Positions 12,171 to 25,343 of a stretch of DNA of 64,000 nucleotides are shown here, piece after piece. The notes beneath the pieces were generated by a model. The model worked only from the letters and a program-made list of their open reading frames with translations, had not been told where the DNA came from and did not search any database. The position numbers were made by a program, and so were the translations under genes. The stretch comes from Epiperipatus broadwayi. Taxonomy: Eukaryota > Animalia > Onychophora. Where the stretch lies: NCBI GenBank assembly GCA_028023455.1, contig JAQFVV010000004.1, positions 17,484,001 through 17,548,000 on the forward strand, written 5' to 3'. Position 1 is the first letter of the stretch, and the number at the start of each line of letters is the position of its first letter.

Positions 12171-12567
12171 TTTATAATATCAAAGTTCAAAGAAACTTTA
12201 ATTATAGTACTGCATATACCAGTTAAATTACATGACCATGTTGACTCAAATATGTTTTTGGGAGCAATTACTCTATTCCAGACTAGTTATTAAATAATAT
12301 TTTATTCACTGTTTTGCTTTAGAAGAAATTTTTGCAATCCAATTGAATTGAAAATATAATACACATGAAAAACAATCAATTGGAATTTAGATTTATTTAT
12401 TCCAAAAGAAATGCTGCGCAATAAATTAAACAACAATAATAATGCTTATACTTAAATAATAATTTATTTTTTTAGTGATAATTATAATTTCTAATATTAA
12501 AATTAATAATTACAAATAATAATTTATTGCAAAAATTGTTAGCATTATAATTTATTTATTATTGCAG

Positions 12568-12691
12568 TCTACTTATGAAAGTGTAAAAAACTGGATTGAT
12601 GAATTATATAAGCATGGTCCACAACAAATTGTTAAAGCAATTGCTGGCAACAAATGCGATCTAAAAGATCAGAGGGAAGTTAATGCTAATG
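12568..12691 (+). CDS. Rab22: Rab22/Rab31-like GTPase exon (STYESVKNWIDELYKHGPQQIVKAIAGNKCDLKDQREVNAN)
   Basis: ttgcag acceptor, gtgagt donor, phase 0/1. Contains G4 NKCD and the HGP..IV.AIAGNKCDL signature of Rab22/31. Confidence 0.93.
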
Positions 12692-12854
12692 GTGAGTTTA
12701 ATCTTATCATCCATTGTTTTGTTGTATGTATGAGGATATAAGAACGCATATCAGCAATAGCTTCTTTGATAGTGAACTAACATTATTATATCAAACAACA
12801 AAATTTCTTTTGATTTTCAGTGCTTATATATATATGCAAATATTAAATCACTCC

Positions 12855-13150
12855 ATATGTGATGTGATGTGATATGACTTCTCCTTAAACGGAGTCAGGA
12901 ATCTCTCAGCAGCTATGCCCAGAGAAACCTGTTAGCCACTTTACCTTCCTTTTCCATTGTCCACCCTAAGTTTTCCCATAATCTGCTCCATCCCATTTCC
13001 ACAACATAATCTTTGTCAACTCCATATGGCTAAGATATTCAGCACCGCCCTCTGTGAAATAAATATATAAATGTATTAGAGTTCATATTTCAAATTAGTC
13101 AGCCTTAAAATGATACAGAGGGCAGTGCTGAATTTTTAGCCACGTGGGGT
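12855..13150 (-). mobile_element. SINE/LINE-like 3' end with (ATCAC)n tail, plus an inverted pair of about 37 bp (13021-13056 / 13113-13149)
   Basis: (GTGAT)n at 12859-12874. ctccatatggctaagatattcagcaccgccctctgt is mirrored by acagagggcagtgctgaatttttagccacgtgggg. Confidence 0.45.
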
Positions 13151-14060
13151 GATTTAATATTTGGATATTTAAGCATTAAGCACTGGGATTATTTTCATAT
13201 ATATTAACATGTTACAGTATATATACTATGTAATAATAAAGAACATTAAAAATATTGATATCTGGATTTTGTTTTTTGAACTAAGTTATAATTTATATAT
13301 ATATTGAAATAGTTGTTTCAAAGTGACTTTGTGAATTGTGCCTTTTTTTATTATTATAAAAAAATATTATTTAAAGGAAGGGAACATTATTTAAAGAAAG
13401 GGAATTAGGCATATAATTAATATAGTACATTAAACAGAAATAAAGACCAAACTTGGTAAGAAAACAGGCAAAAAATATTGTTTTGGAAATTTCTACTAAT
13501 AAATATGAATGTTAAACTCTTCAATTTCTTACAAATTATGAAACACAAAGAATATATGTAGTTAGTGTTTATGAGCGTGTGCACATACCTTTTCATTAGT
13601 TAACCAGATTAATTAAACTTTAGATAGAAATTAGACTGTCAAATTAATGATAAATTGTATATAAATAAAAAGGTATTTGTAAACACATGTGTATGTTTAA
13701 TTAATATAATACATTTCTCAATGAACCAGACTGCTAGATAGTCTGAACTCCAAGATAAAACAAAATAAAAAGCATTTTTAATTTAAATATTCAAGAAAAA
13801 GTACATTATTTTATTTTGTTACAGTAATTTAATTGTTCATTGCCTATGCTTAATCTGTCAATTATTTAATGTTTTTGTTGTAATAATTTTATTGTTATTG
13901 CTGAAGCACATGATGGATAACAAAAATAAAATCAAGACATGTTAACTTTGTATTTATCTGAGGTGAATGGTGTCAAAGTTGTGAGTGGAGTGAGTTTGAC
14001 AGTTGTAAAAATAAATACTCTTCATGTAATAGTGATATATATGAGAGATGGTGACCTGTG

Positions 14061-14100
14061 CCAACTGATGAGTGCTGGTTCAGCATGAAATGCATCTTGG
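14061..14100 (+). ncRNA. Intact minimal type-I hammerhead motif (family C), sense to the Rab pre-mRNA
   Basis: CCAA-CTGATGA-GTGCT ggttc AGCAT-GAAA-TGCA-T-C^TTGG. All core bases are canonical and stem III is the palindrome ATGCAT. Confidence 0.8.
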
Positions 14101-17100
14101 AGTCATTTGTCTGCAGTCAAGATGTACTTGCTAAAATTGCAATTTATTTCAAATCAGTTAAGCAGAGGATTTACAAAAAATTATAAATATTAAAACTAAT
14201 ATAATTAATTCCCAATTTAAATAATATGATAAGACAAGAACAACTCTCTACTTTAATGCTATTTAGGATAAGCTTGAACAATTATTAATTATTCAAAGTT
14301 CTTTTAGATGGCACTAAAGTCAAGATTTTGACATCACATCAGAATGATAAGTATTTTGGAATTTAGTTGATATAACTATTCTTTATTATGAAAAGGTATT
14401 TTAAAATTGCTATTTTTATTGTGCTTCAGTATATTTTTACATATTCTTTTTTTTCCAAATATAAAGCTATTAAAATTCAAATACTAATTGCATATGACTT
14501 ATTAACTCTCATTTAGGCTATTATTTAAGAATCAGAAAATCAGTATCAATTGTCACATTATAGTTTTATTATATAGAGCAAATGTAAAAGTTAGTAACTA
14601 AATATGGATATTTCTGATATTTAAATTTTATAAACAGAATTTAATAATTTAAAACAAAAATATATTGATACATCTTAAGTTCACAATTTATTTTACTTTA
14701 TGAAATAAGGTGACCTTTGCCTTGTTATAAAAGTTATAAATTCTTGTTTTATAGTATTTTATATTAGTAAATAAAAAAGTTAATATAACAACAATAAATT
14801 ATTATTTTGGAATCTTTTAAAATAAATTGCAGCCAGATATATGTAAGAAGCAAAAACTGCAAGTAAATTGTTTGAATTGACATTGTTTCTTTATAATACT
14901 TTATATTATAGAGCTAATTTAAAAACTATTAAATAATACTACAATTTATAAAGTACAGTACATTGTATGTATAATAAAGTAGTATTGTTTTAACAAATTC
15001 CATACATGACCAATAATAATCAACCATTCAAAAACAAGTATAGCCATTCTAACTCAAAAAAAAAAAAAAACGAAAAAGAAAGGAGAGAAAACTTTTCTAA
15101 ATACGAGTTTTGCAGTATTTATAAAAATTAATCTATGAACTACAAATATATTCACATATAGGACATGCTGGTCCAATTTTTTGTTTACTTTTTAATGTAC
15201 AATGTTGTTTTTTAGTTTTTCCAACAGAAAACTTCTTTCTGAAATATTCAACATCATGTCTAATTGTAGCTTTCAAACATATTCTATTCTCTCCTACATC
15301 TTCCTAATGGAAACAATTAACATTGCACTTCTTTAGAATATGATATGTATGTGTATGTTTAAATGCACATACATATATAGGTATAAACTTAGAGAAAAAG
15401 TAATAAGTCAATAAATTAAAGAATTTTAAAAGATATTCTTTTAAAATAGTAAGTAAAAGATTTATAAATTTTAAGATTATTTTCTAAAAGTAATAAGTCT
15501 AATTAATGAGAATAGAATATCTCGTGAATGAAATAAAACAATTAAAGGAATTCGAGTGTAGATTTCCTTTATAAGATAAACTGAAAGTCAGAAAGATAAT
15601 GATGTAAATTCTTGTATGGAGATTAAAATTAAGAATCACCTGAGTGGATGAACAGGAGTACAAGCCAATCAACTGCAGGGATTAAAACAATGAAGGCCTC
15701 AGTATGAATTGGATCAAGAATACTATACTTGATTCTTGGAGCTTCACCTGTGTGCATGGACATATATATTGGAGCAGATTGTCTCCCATGACACAGTGAC
15801 TTCAAGTGTGGAGAGCTGGCCTCCGAACGTGAGAACAGTCAGCTAGGACTCTTACAGGTCGTATTGATCTAAATTATTATTTATGTATACCTTAGGGCCT
15901 TATGTTAAATGATTGTATATATGTAAGTAGTTAAAACGCTACTAAAGATTGTTCATCAAATTATCTAAATATTACCTGTTTAGTAGTGATTTGTACTCAT
16001 GGAAAGTGCACTCTTAGATTAGCTGGACATAGCAATTGGCACAGTCACAGTCTTGATTAGAACCATTAATTAAAATAACAGTTAAATTTAGGTAAAAGAA
16101 CGACTAGGCAATGCGAGTAGCAGTCAGTGAGACAAGTATTTGGCCTCTGTACATTTAACATGTAGAAAAATACTTATTCATTAATAAAGTTAAAAATGAT
16201 AAGTATAAGATTGCTTCATTATTATGCTTTGCTGGGAAAGGAGTTATTGAGATAGTCAACAGGCTCATTGAACGTTCTAACTCCTGAAGGTTGTAAATAC
16301 AATCAGGTTAAAGAGCATTTGTCAAACCACTTTAACCCCCAACCTTTGAGGCATGTCTCTAGACTGCAATTCCGAGTTCAGAACCAAGATTGGGATGAAG
16401 TTATAAAAGATTACGATAGTGCTCTTTGTAATCTAACAAAAAATTGTCTATGAATCTTTCCTAGAAGAAGCCCTGCTGGAACAATTTCTTATAGGTATGT
16501 AACGATAGTTTATGCCAACAATTATTGGCCATTAGCAATTTAAATTATGCAGAGGCTATAAAATGTGGGATAGTTTAGAACTCATGCTTGAGCAATCTCG
16601 AAAATTCACCAAGTTCAAGATTAATAGAAAATCGCAAGCAGATGTTTGTAAAACCATAAAGAAAGAATGGTCGAAAAGTAATGAAAATAGTGCTAACAGC
16701 GAAACTACATTTATGTGTTTTTGCTGTGGGAAAAAGGGCCATAAAGCCAGCAATTGTTTTCATAAATGATAACGCTACAATAATTGTAGAAAAAGAGGGC
16801 ACATGGAACAAATATGTAAAGAAAAATGTAATGATTCCAACAAGGAAAGTAATAGTTATAAATGTTTATATCAGGGTCAAGCAATTCAGCATACCAATAT
16901 TAAAAAAATGTCCACCTATGATGACAAAATTATGTTAAAACTAAAGCTGTGTGATCAGCTCATATCTATAGAAGTGGACAGTGGTAGCGGCATATCATTA
17001 ATATCAGTCCGTGATTGATATACTGTTACTTCCAAGTGTAGGAAAAGACCCATTATTCAAAAAACTGATCTAAAGGTGTTAGATATGAATGGTAACACCA

Positions 17101-17928
17101 TTAGAATAAAGGGCATAGTTGAAGCGCCTATACATGAAAGTCAGGGCAAAATTAATGTACTACCACTACATGTAGTACATACCCCTATCACCCCCATATT
17201 AGAACAAGACTGGTTCAGCAAAATGGGAGTAAAAATAACAATTACTAAAAAAATTAATAACCCCGAGAGGAAAAAACTTTCCAAGGGAGTTAAGATGAAT
17301 TTGGGTAAAATAGATAAACTCAGAGAGCAGAAACCTTTCCAGCAGCTAGTAATTAACAAAAGCAGGTCAGAGAAGATCCACGATGACCAAAAACAAAGTG
17401 CAAAGACATATGAAATCAAGAGTAAAAAACAAAGTTGTAGCTTGTTGGAAAGCCGAAGACAATGGCTACCAATGGATTATGAAGCAGATTAGAGAAGGCT
17501 GACTGAAACAACATCCCAGTTTTCTTCACAAAGAACTATGGAATGTCCAGAAACAACTGTTGATACACAAAACCTGCATTATTGAAAGGTGATTGTACGC
17601 TGATTCCAGTCAAGGATAGGCAGCATATAGTAAAGTGGCTGCATAATAGTCAGCAGGACATTGGCAGAGCAAAACCTCTAGCACTTATCATGTCTGGTGG
17701 CCTGATATTAGCTTAGACATGAAAAATAAAAATTATGATTGTGATTTTCAAACAACTACATTTCCTGAGAATGCACCTAGTAAGTTGAAACATAATTCAC
17801 AACAGTGTGCTAAAAGGAAGATAAAAAATCCTTTTATCTAAATAACTCTTAGTAAGTTCAGGGATTAAAACCTCATATCTGAACTTGGGGGAAATAATGA
17901 TATGTTTATGTATGTTTAAATGCACATA

Positions 17929-18303
17929 TTCAAACAGGCAAAACTCTCTATACGTATTGCCACTCGGTGCAAGCCAGAGTAATCAATAAATGCCAGAAGG
18001 CTTGTGCATAAAATCCCCATCTTATGCCTACTCATCCAATATTTCCCAGACTAGTTTCTGGCTTGTGGCTCCTCACTGACGAAGGCCACATGCCAGAAAC
18101 TAGTCTGGGATATTGGATGAGTAGGCACTAGCTGGGGATTTATGCACAAGCCTTCTGGAATTTATTGATTACTCTGGCTTGCACTGAGTGGCAATACGTA
18201 TAGAGAGTTTTGCCTGAGTGACAATACATATAGAGAGTTCTGCTTGTTTGAATAACAGTTAAGAGCAAGCATAGAAAGTGGTAATCATGTGATGTTTATT
18301 GGC
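17929..18303. mobile_element. Family A foldback insertion inside the Gypsy 3' LTR, 13-bp TSD
   Basis: Absent from the 5' LTR. TTAAATGCACATA at 17916-17928 and 18304-18316. Arms of about 140 bp meet at the HHR. Confidence 0.88.
18070..18110 (+). ncRNA. Intact minimal hammerhead motif (family A), sense to the Rab pre-mRNA
   Basis: TCCTCA-CTGACGA-A GGC cacat GCC A-GAAA-CTAG-T-C^TGGGA. Confidence 0.75.
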
Positions 18304-19329
18304 TTAAATGCACATACATATATAGGTGTAATATTAGAGAGAGAAAAAGTAATAAGTTAATTAAAGAATTTTAAAAGACTGATTCTTTTAAAATAGTAAA
18401 TAAAAGATTTATAAATTTTAAGATTAGAAAAAGATTATTTTCTAAAAGTATTAAGTGTAATTAATGAGAGTAGAATATGTCGTTAATGAAATAAAACAAA
18501 GGAATTCAATTGTAGATTTCCTTTATAAGATAAACTGAAATTAACTCATAAAGTCAGAAAGATAACAATGTAAATTCTTGTATGGAGATTAAAATGAAGA
18601 ATCACCTGAGTGGATGAACGGGAGTACAAGCAAATCAACTGCAGGGATTAAGACAATGAAGGCCTCAGTAAGCATTGGATCAACAACACTACACTTGATT
18701 TTTGGAGCTTCACCTGTGCACACATATATATTGGAGCAGATCGTCTCCCATGGCACAGTGAATTCAAGTGTGGAGAGCTGGCCTCCGAATGTGAGAACAG
18801 TCAGCTAGGACCTGTATGTTGTATTGATCTAAATGATTATTTATAAATGCCTTCAGGCCTTAATAGATTAAATGATTGTATATATGTATGTAGTTAAAAT
18901 GTTATTAAGGATCGTTCATCAAATTATCTAAATATTAACTGTTTAGTAGTGATTTGTACTCGTGGAAGTGCACTCTTAGATTAGCTAGACATAGCAGAAT
19001 GTCTTTGAGATAATCCTTATAATATAGATAGGATATGCTACTTCTATGAAATCCATCCTCAAATTTACCATAAAGAATCCTTTTAGGAAATCTTCTATTG
19101 TTCATTTGTTTTACATGTCCAATCTAATGAAAGGTTGATTTTACAATAGTGGAATCAATAGAATTACATCCTACAGACTGAAGAACATATTGATTGATTT
19201 TATGATCTTGCCAAGTATTTTTAAAATTTTTACGTTGCATCTTAAATGAAACTTTTCTAATGCTTTTATATTCTGCTAATAGGGTATGTAAGTTTCACAT
19301 ATATGCAGTAAATTAGGTACTGACATACT

Positions 19330-22200
19330 CTATCTTTTAACTTGTTAAAAGCAGCAGCAGAACATTGGAGTCTGAGCTACCCCTCAACATTCTAAATCCA
19401 CCTTTCTATTTATAAAACTATTTTTAAACTGGTTTACATTCTCAAGTTGATAATTGTTCAATGTTGAAAGTTGCTAAGAATTTTTCTTCTATCATGGATG
19501 ATAAAGAACTTGAGTTATTAATTAATAAACTGAGATCTTCATAAGTTACTTTCAAAACATTAAGAACATTTTGTAAATCATCTTTTGAACTGGCAAAAAT
19601 TGCACAATCATCAGCATTTTGTAAGTCCAGAATCCAAGAATATGAAGTCTTTGTTTTTGCTTTTAACAATTCATATTAAAAATTCCACTATCAAACCTGT
19701 ATCATATCTTGATTTCTATCTGATTAAGCTATCTATAAATAATTCCAAAGATCACTGTTATAAAAAATGAAAACCAAGTTGGAGAAAGTGTCCATTCTTG
19801 TTTCATACCAGTTTTCATTTCAAATGCCTCAGATATTTCATCTATAATAACAACACTTCCTCTCATTCCATCACGTAAGAGCTGTATAATATGAATAAAT
19901 TTAGATGTATAAGCAATCGGGAGAAAGAGCTACAATGATGCTATTGCTAGGAAAGATGATAGATCTGCGTTATATGTTCATTATTTGCAGTACGGACATA
20001 AAATAAATTGTATTGATAATATGTGTTCTTGATTATATTAAAAATGTTAATAGACGTAAAATATATGAAACAAACTATATCATGTATAATAAAAACAACT
20101 GTATGAATATATACAAAACATCCATTAAGTTAAATAATAAATGGTTAATGGATAAAGAATGGATAGTTAATTAATTAATATATGTGGATATATATCCATT
20201 CAATATATATAACAGAATAATTTTGTAGTAGAATTTAGGGGAAAAAATAAATAAATCACATAATAGATCATGTCAGATGTCCATTTGTTTATCTGTCTTC
20301 TCTCATGTATTGATATAGATGTCGCTGTATGTGCTTTAAATCATGGAGACATATTGAAAAGGGCAAAAAACATAATTTGCCGAAAAAGGCTTTTCTATGA
20401 TAATTTTATTTGTAATATTTGTTGCTTATATATATGTATTTTTAAACATATTTGACTAATGTATAACTAACTAATTTCAAACAATAACATAGACCTATCA
20501 TAAGCACTATATAAATCATTTCTTTGTTCCCGATACTTTTTTTGCATTTGCCTGGCAACAAAAATTACATCTATAGGTTTCTTGATTCTCTAAAACCACA
20601 TTGAATTTTCTATAACTGGAAGTAATCTATTCAATAAAATTCTTGAAATTACTTTTGCTATAGTAGATAATAATCACATTCCACTATAATTACCGCAATC
20701 TTGCCTATTCTCTTTGTTTTTAAAAATTGGAACATTTAAAGCATTTTTATGATCAGATGGCAACAACTTCTTGGGTCCAGATATTCCTAAAAAATTCCAA
20801 TATTTTTGAAATTAATGTATTACCACCATTCATATATATTGTTTATAATAACTCCCCTTATATACACTTTATTGCAAAAATTTTTTAATGATTTCTTTAT
20901 TTTCCTGACAGTTTCGATTGTCCTGCAGTCTTCATCAGAGCGATCTTAATCTTCTTTAACTTTTAAAATGTATATGAGGGGAGTTATTATAAGCAATAAA
21001 TATGAATATATGAAAAAATGCAAAGAAAGTAAAAGGAGAAAAATAAGAATATTACCTTAATTCCATAATCAATAATATGACAGTTCTGAAGATCCAAGTT
21101 AACAATTTTAGTGTTTGATAGCAATATTACTTATAGTAGATATATTTAAAGAATGAATATCAATTTTTTATGAATATGATTGGAATAATATCTGTTTTTT
21201 AATTCATCTATCATTTTAATATTAAGAACATATTAATCTTTGATCTATCCAATAAGAGTTTGTGAGTGCTCATGTAATATGAGCTTTTTTTGTATTCTGA
21301 TTCCTAACAATAATATAATCTCTTAAAAGCCACTGTTTTGAGCATAAATGTATCTATGCTCCTTTGTCACAGTTTTTCTGTCTAAACAAAGTGTTTGTGA
21401 TAGTCAATCCTATGTCTTGTGCATAAATTCAATTATAACAAATCTCCAAAACCTTTATTTCCAACAACTTTTGGCCATAGTCTACTATTCGTATCAATAC
21501 ATGCGTTAAAGTCACCAAGAAAAAAAATTCGATCTTTTAATAATATTGGGGTAATAATGCGATCCAGTAAGGAATAAAAGCTTTCCTTCTCTGAATATAA
21601 AGTTAGAGCATAAGCCCAGATAAAATCAGCTTTAGCATCATTATGCAGAGCAAGTTTTGAGATCATTAGATTTTATAGCAAATCCAACACCATTCATTCT
21701 TCTGACTGACCTGTCTTTCCAAAAAAACTTGTATCCATCCATTTTTCTAATAAACTTCCTTTCTCTGGTAGATGAGTTTTACTAAGAGCAGCTATATCAA
21801 TCTTAAATCTTGACAGTTCTTTAGTCACAAGTACAGCCCTGATCTTGAAGAGTTTTTATGAAGTTCAGAACATTCCATGTATCTATATTTAGAAAAAAAT
21901 TACATTATATTTGTGATACTTATCTTTAGGACTACCACTGCCACTTACTACACCACTACTACTGATATTATTAGTATTGGTATTATTTCTATTGTTGAAA
22001 TGAATAATCTATCAGGTGCCCCTGGCCAGACTGTGAGATAGGTCATTTTTAGATCACATTTTCTAGGATCTTCCATTTCTGTGGTAAGCAGGAGAATCTC
22101 TAAATAGGGCTGCCTAAACATACATTCTTTGTCAGCTGGAACTTCTGTTTCACTTAACATTTCAATAAAAACCATTTATTAACTTCCATTCTAAGTTATG
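19330..22200 (-). mobile_element. Fragmented RTE-clade LINE: APE endonuclease about 21260-21900, RT about 20480-20800 and 19330-19880
   Basis: TWNV..., IDIAALSKTHL, GYKFFW, GVGFAIK, FLGDFNA; CGNYSGM*LLST; QLLRDGMRGSV..KTGMKQEWTLSPT; LQNADDCAIFASS (YADD-like). Confidence 0.85.
20828..21047 (-). mobile_element. Family B small hammerhead element (about 220 bp) nested in the RTE; HHR at 20905-20940
   Basis: CT-CTGATGA-A GACTG cagga CAATC-GAAA-CTG-T-C^AG lies between inverted arms of about 38 bp (20830-20867 / 20968-21006). Confidence 0.75.
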
Positions 22201-23898
22201 TTGCCTTTTTTAAAAACGCGTTTTAGTTATTCATTGAATGATATTTATTCTTGAAGACATTCATGCACTTCTAGATAGTTGGATTTTTTAATATTTTCTT
22301 TATTATTACAAAAATTGTAATTTATATGTTGTTATCTGTATAGGCCAGTCCTTTTTCAGTGAGATTTTTTGCAATTATTTTTCAGTTAGTTATTATTTAA
22401 TATTGCAACAGTGCTGCTATTATATTATAGGATTCTGAAAATTCAACCGGAACAAATTATATTTACATCATGTATACTGCTTTGAAAATAATTTTCCACG
22501 AGTATAATTGAAACTAAATTAAATTTGAAAACACTTGGAAATATTTAAAAAAGATATCTTTTTATTAACTTTTAGATCTAAGCTGTTATGGAATAAAATA
22601 AATTTTACCATGGAGACTGAATATCAAAATATATCATAAATTTTTACTCATTTGGATGATGACATGAAATCAGAATCATTAAAAAAATGTAATAATGGTG
22701 AATTGTTTATTAGGATTTAAATATATATTGAAATAAGATGGTTTGCCACCTTTGATTGGCCTATATGTTTTGAATATATATTAACTGTTAATGATCAAAG
22801 AATTATTAGGGTTCTGAATTAGAAAATATATTAAACTTTGTTTTTTGAAACTATATAGAAACTTTATAATCATTAAGTAGATTTTTATATAATGATAAGT
22901 TTTATTAAATGTCTTGAATAGTTCAAATAAAATATTTATATATATACGTCTTTCCATGCATTTATATGTATTAAACAACTATTAATATGCCTTTTTTTTG
23001 TAAGCCTACATTAACCTTTTATCAATAGGTATAATTAGTTGTTTGAACATTGGCTTATATATAACTCGGCCAGATCTTATTTAAAAACTAACTATCATCA
23101 AGCACAACTTTTATGTATTACTATTCTCCATAGATTTCAGTTAAATTAGAAATTTTGAATTATTATTCAGCATAAAAGTATTTAGCATTAGAAAACATTC
23201 ATTTCTATTTTTAATGTACCAGAATTTTGGTAAGAGGGCATTGAAATTTTGTCACCCTGATTATTTAATCTATGATGGAAGTTTGTGTTCAATGTATCCT
23301 TAGATGAAAAAAATAAGAACTTGTAATTTCCTACAGATCTGTTTTATTTTTTATTTATATATATTTTATTGTGTTCTCTTTAGGCTTAGATAGGTATATA
23401 AAACAGTCTTAAAATAATTCACTGCAGGGTGAAGACCTCTTTGTCAATTGTTGGGTGGTGAAAGTAGCATTTCTTCAAATTTGTTTTCTCTTCTAGTTAA
23501 GAAATGCTAGATACCTATTTACCACTCAGTTTTGGTTGTGATTAATTGAAAGAAAAATCTCAATCCTTAAATTTATGTTTTAGATGTGCCAAGTAGATGT
23601 ACTATTATTGTATTATGAGTCCGTTTAGATTATATATGGCATTGTTTCACATCTACATACTAATTTTTAAAGCAACTTTTAAAATAAATGTAATCTGTTA
23701 TAATTTTTTTATGTTGTAAATGATGCAATATGTCTAGTTTGTGTATATTTTTAAACTAAATTGTAAAGAATTTAATCTCTTTATGCTTTTTATACATAGC
23801 CTAATTTTTATGAAGTATTTTTCACATTTTTTTTTTTTTTTATATGTAAATATTTGGTAATTTTTTTTTTATAACTAGCTTTTTTTTTTTGTTTTTAG

Positions 23899-23991
23899 AT
23901 GCTGCTACATATTCTGACCAAGTTGGTGCAATTTTTATTGAAACCAGTGCCTTAACAGCAGTTAATGTTTCCCAACTTTTTATTCAAATAT
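23899..23991 (+). CDS. Rab22: Rab22/Rab31-like GTPase exon (DAATYSDQVGAIFIETSALTAVNVSQLFIQI)
   Basis: ttttag acceptor, gtaagt donor, phase 1/1, in frame with neighbouring exons. G5 box reads ETSAL. Confidence 0.92.
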
Positions 23992-24229
23992 GTAAGTTTA
24001 CACAACTGAAGCCATAAAATTATGAGATCAGTACAATGAATATGTAAATAGTTTTTTGGTTTTTTTCTGATGAAAATTACCATTTAGATAAAAAAACATG
24101 CTATAATTAAAATTAGTTGACTATCAATTAGTCCATAATTATATTTTATTCCAAAAAATAAATATTACACTTCAGATATTACACTTCAGATCAGAAACCC
24201 TTTTCAATAACCTTTTTAATCTTATCTTT

Positions 24230-25130
24230 AAATTAAGATCATTTATTTTTTCACTTACATCTTCTGAAGCATTATTTGCAAAAACAATCACATCATCTGT
24301 AGAATCAAGATGACTTAAGTAATCTCTATTTATTTTTATTATCTTAGTTTCCTGTTTTAATCCTCAAAATACTTCTTGTTGTTTATCCTTCTCAATGGTT
24401 ATTTTCTTAATATTATCAAGTAATTTATTCATTGCTGTTGCATTTTGATATTCATTAGAATATAGCAATATCGTGGGTCTATATCTTGATGATCCAATGC
24501 TTTAATCACTGAAAAAATGCTTCTAGAATCAAATGTCTTTTCATAATCTACAAACAAATCCAAAGCGTAATGGAAACTTATATTCATTCTATAACTTCCC
24601 TTAATACTTAAATGTGATCAAATGTACTAAAACCATTTTTCAATTTGTTCTTTTGATGGTTAAAATTCAAAGTTCACTGTAGACAAATTGTAATTATTTT
24701 GATAAAAATTTTGTACAGAACTGATAAAAGACAAATAGATCTGTAATTTCTGATATTTTCTTTATCATCTTTTTTAAATATTTATATTACTACTGGATTC
24801 TTCTAATCATTTTGTACATCTTTATCATTTAGACATTTGCTATATAACTTTGCCAACAATTTCTCTATTTCGTCTCACTGCTCATCAATTATAATTCCAT
24901 CATCATTTGGACTTTTTCCTACTTCATAGTTTTATTTGTATATCACACTTTTTGATTTAAATGCTGGGCAATTCAGAAGATGTAGCAATTGTAGAGATAC
25001 TTTGTTTTCTTGTTCTTTATTGCTATATAATTCTTGATAAATTCTTCTACATATTTCATGATGTCATCTCTCTTTTTAGTAATAGGTCCATTTAGTTTTC
25101 GTATTGCAGAAATGTTCCCTACCAATACAT
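24230..25130 (-). mobile_element. Decayed non-LTR (RTE-like) reverse transcriptase fragment in the last Rab intron
   Basis: GKSPNDDGI, YRSICLLSVLYKIFIKII, FVDYEKTFDS, YLSHLDSTDDVIVFA (FADD-like) in broken frames. Confidence 0.75.
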
Positions 25131-25248
25131 TACTGTGTATTTAACTTACTATATACTGAATATTCTAATGTTTGATGTGTATTTTTAGTTCTTAAAATCC
25201 ATTGATTAATTAATATTTTGTCTTTAAAGCACATTTGTAATTTTTTAG

Positions 25249-25343
25249 GTAAATCTCTTCCAAAAGAAGATTCAAGACGCCAGATATTTGATGGTAGCAT
25301 GCGTGTTTCTAAAGAAGACAAACAAGTGAAAAAGTGTTGTTAA
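25249..25343 (+). CDS. Rab22: Rab22/Rab31-like GTPase terminal exon (CKSLPKEDSRRQIFDGSMRVSKEDKQVKKCC*)
   Basis: ttttag acceptor, phase 1 matches the previous exon. Ends in the XXCC geranylgeranylation motif then TAA. Confidence 0.88.

Larger units (their letters stand above)
15341..18996 (+). mobile_element. Degenerate Ty3/Gypsy LTR retrotransposon: gag (two CCHC knuckles) and protease kept, RT/RNaseH/IN absent, 3' LTR interrupted and truncated
   Basis: LTRs start TGATATG at 15341 and 17898. PPT GGGGGAAATAA at 17887-17897. CFCCGKKGHKASNC, EVDSGSGISLIS and PILEQDW (ILGRDW-like) motifs in broken frames at about 16230-17230. Confidence 0.88.
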
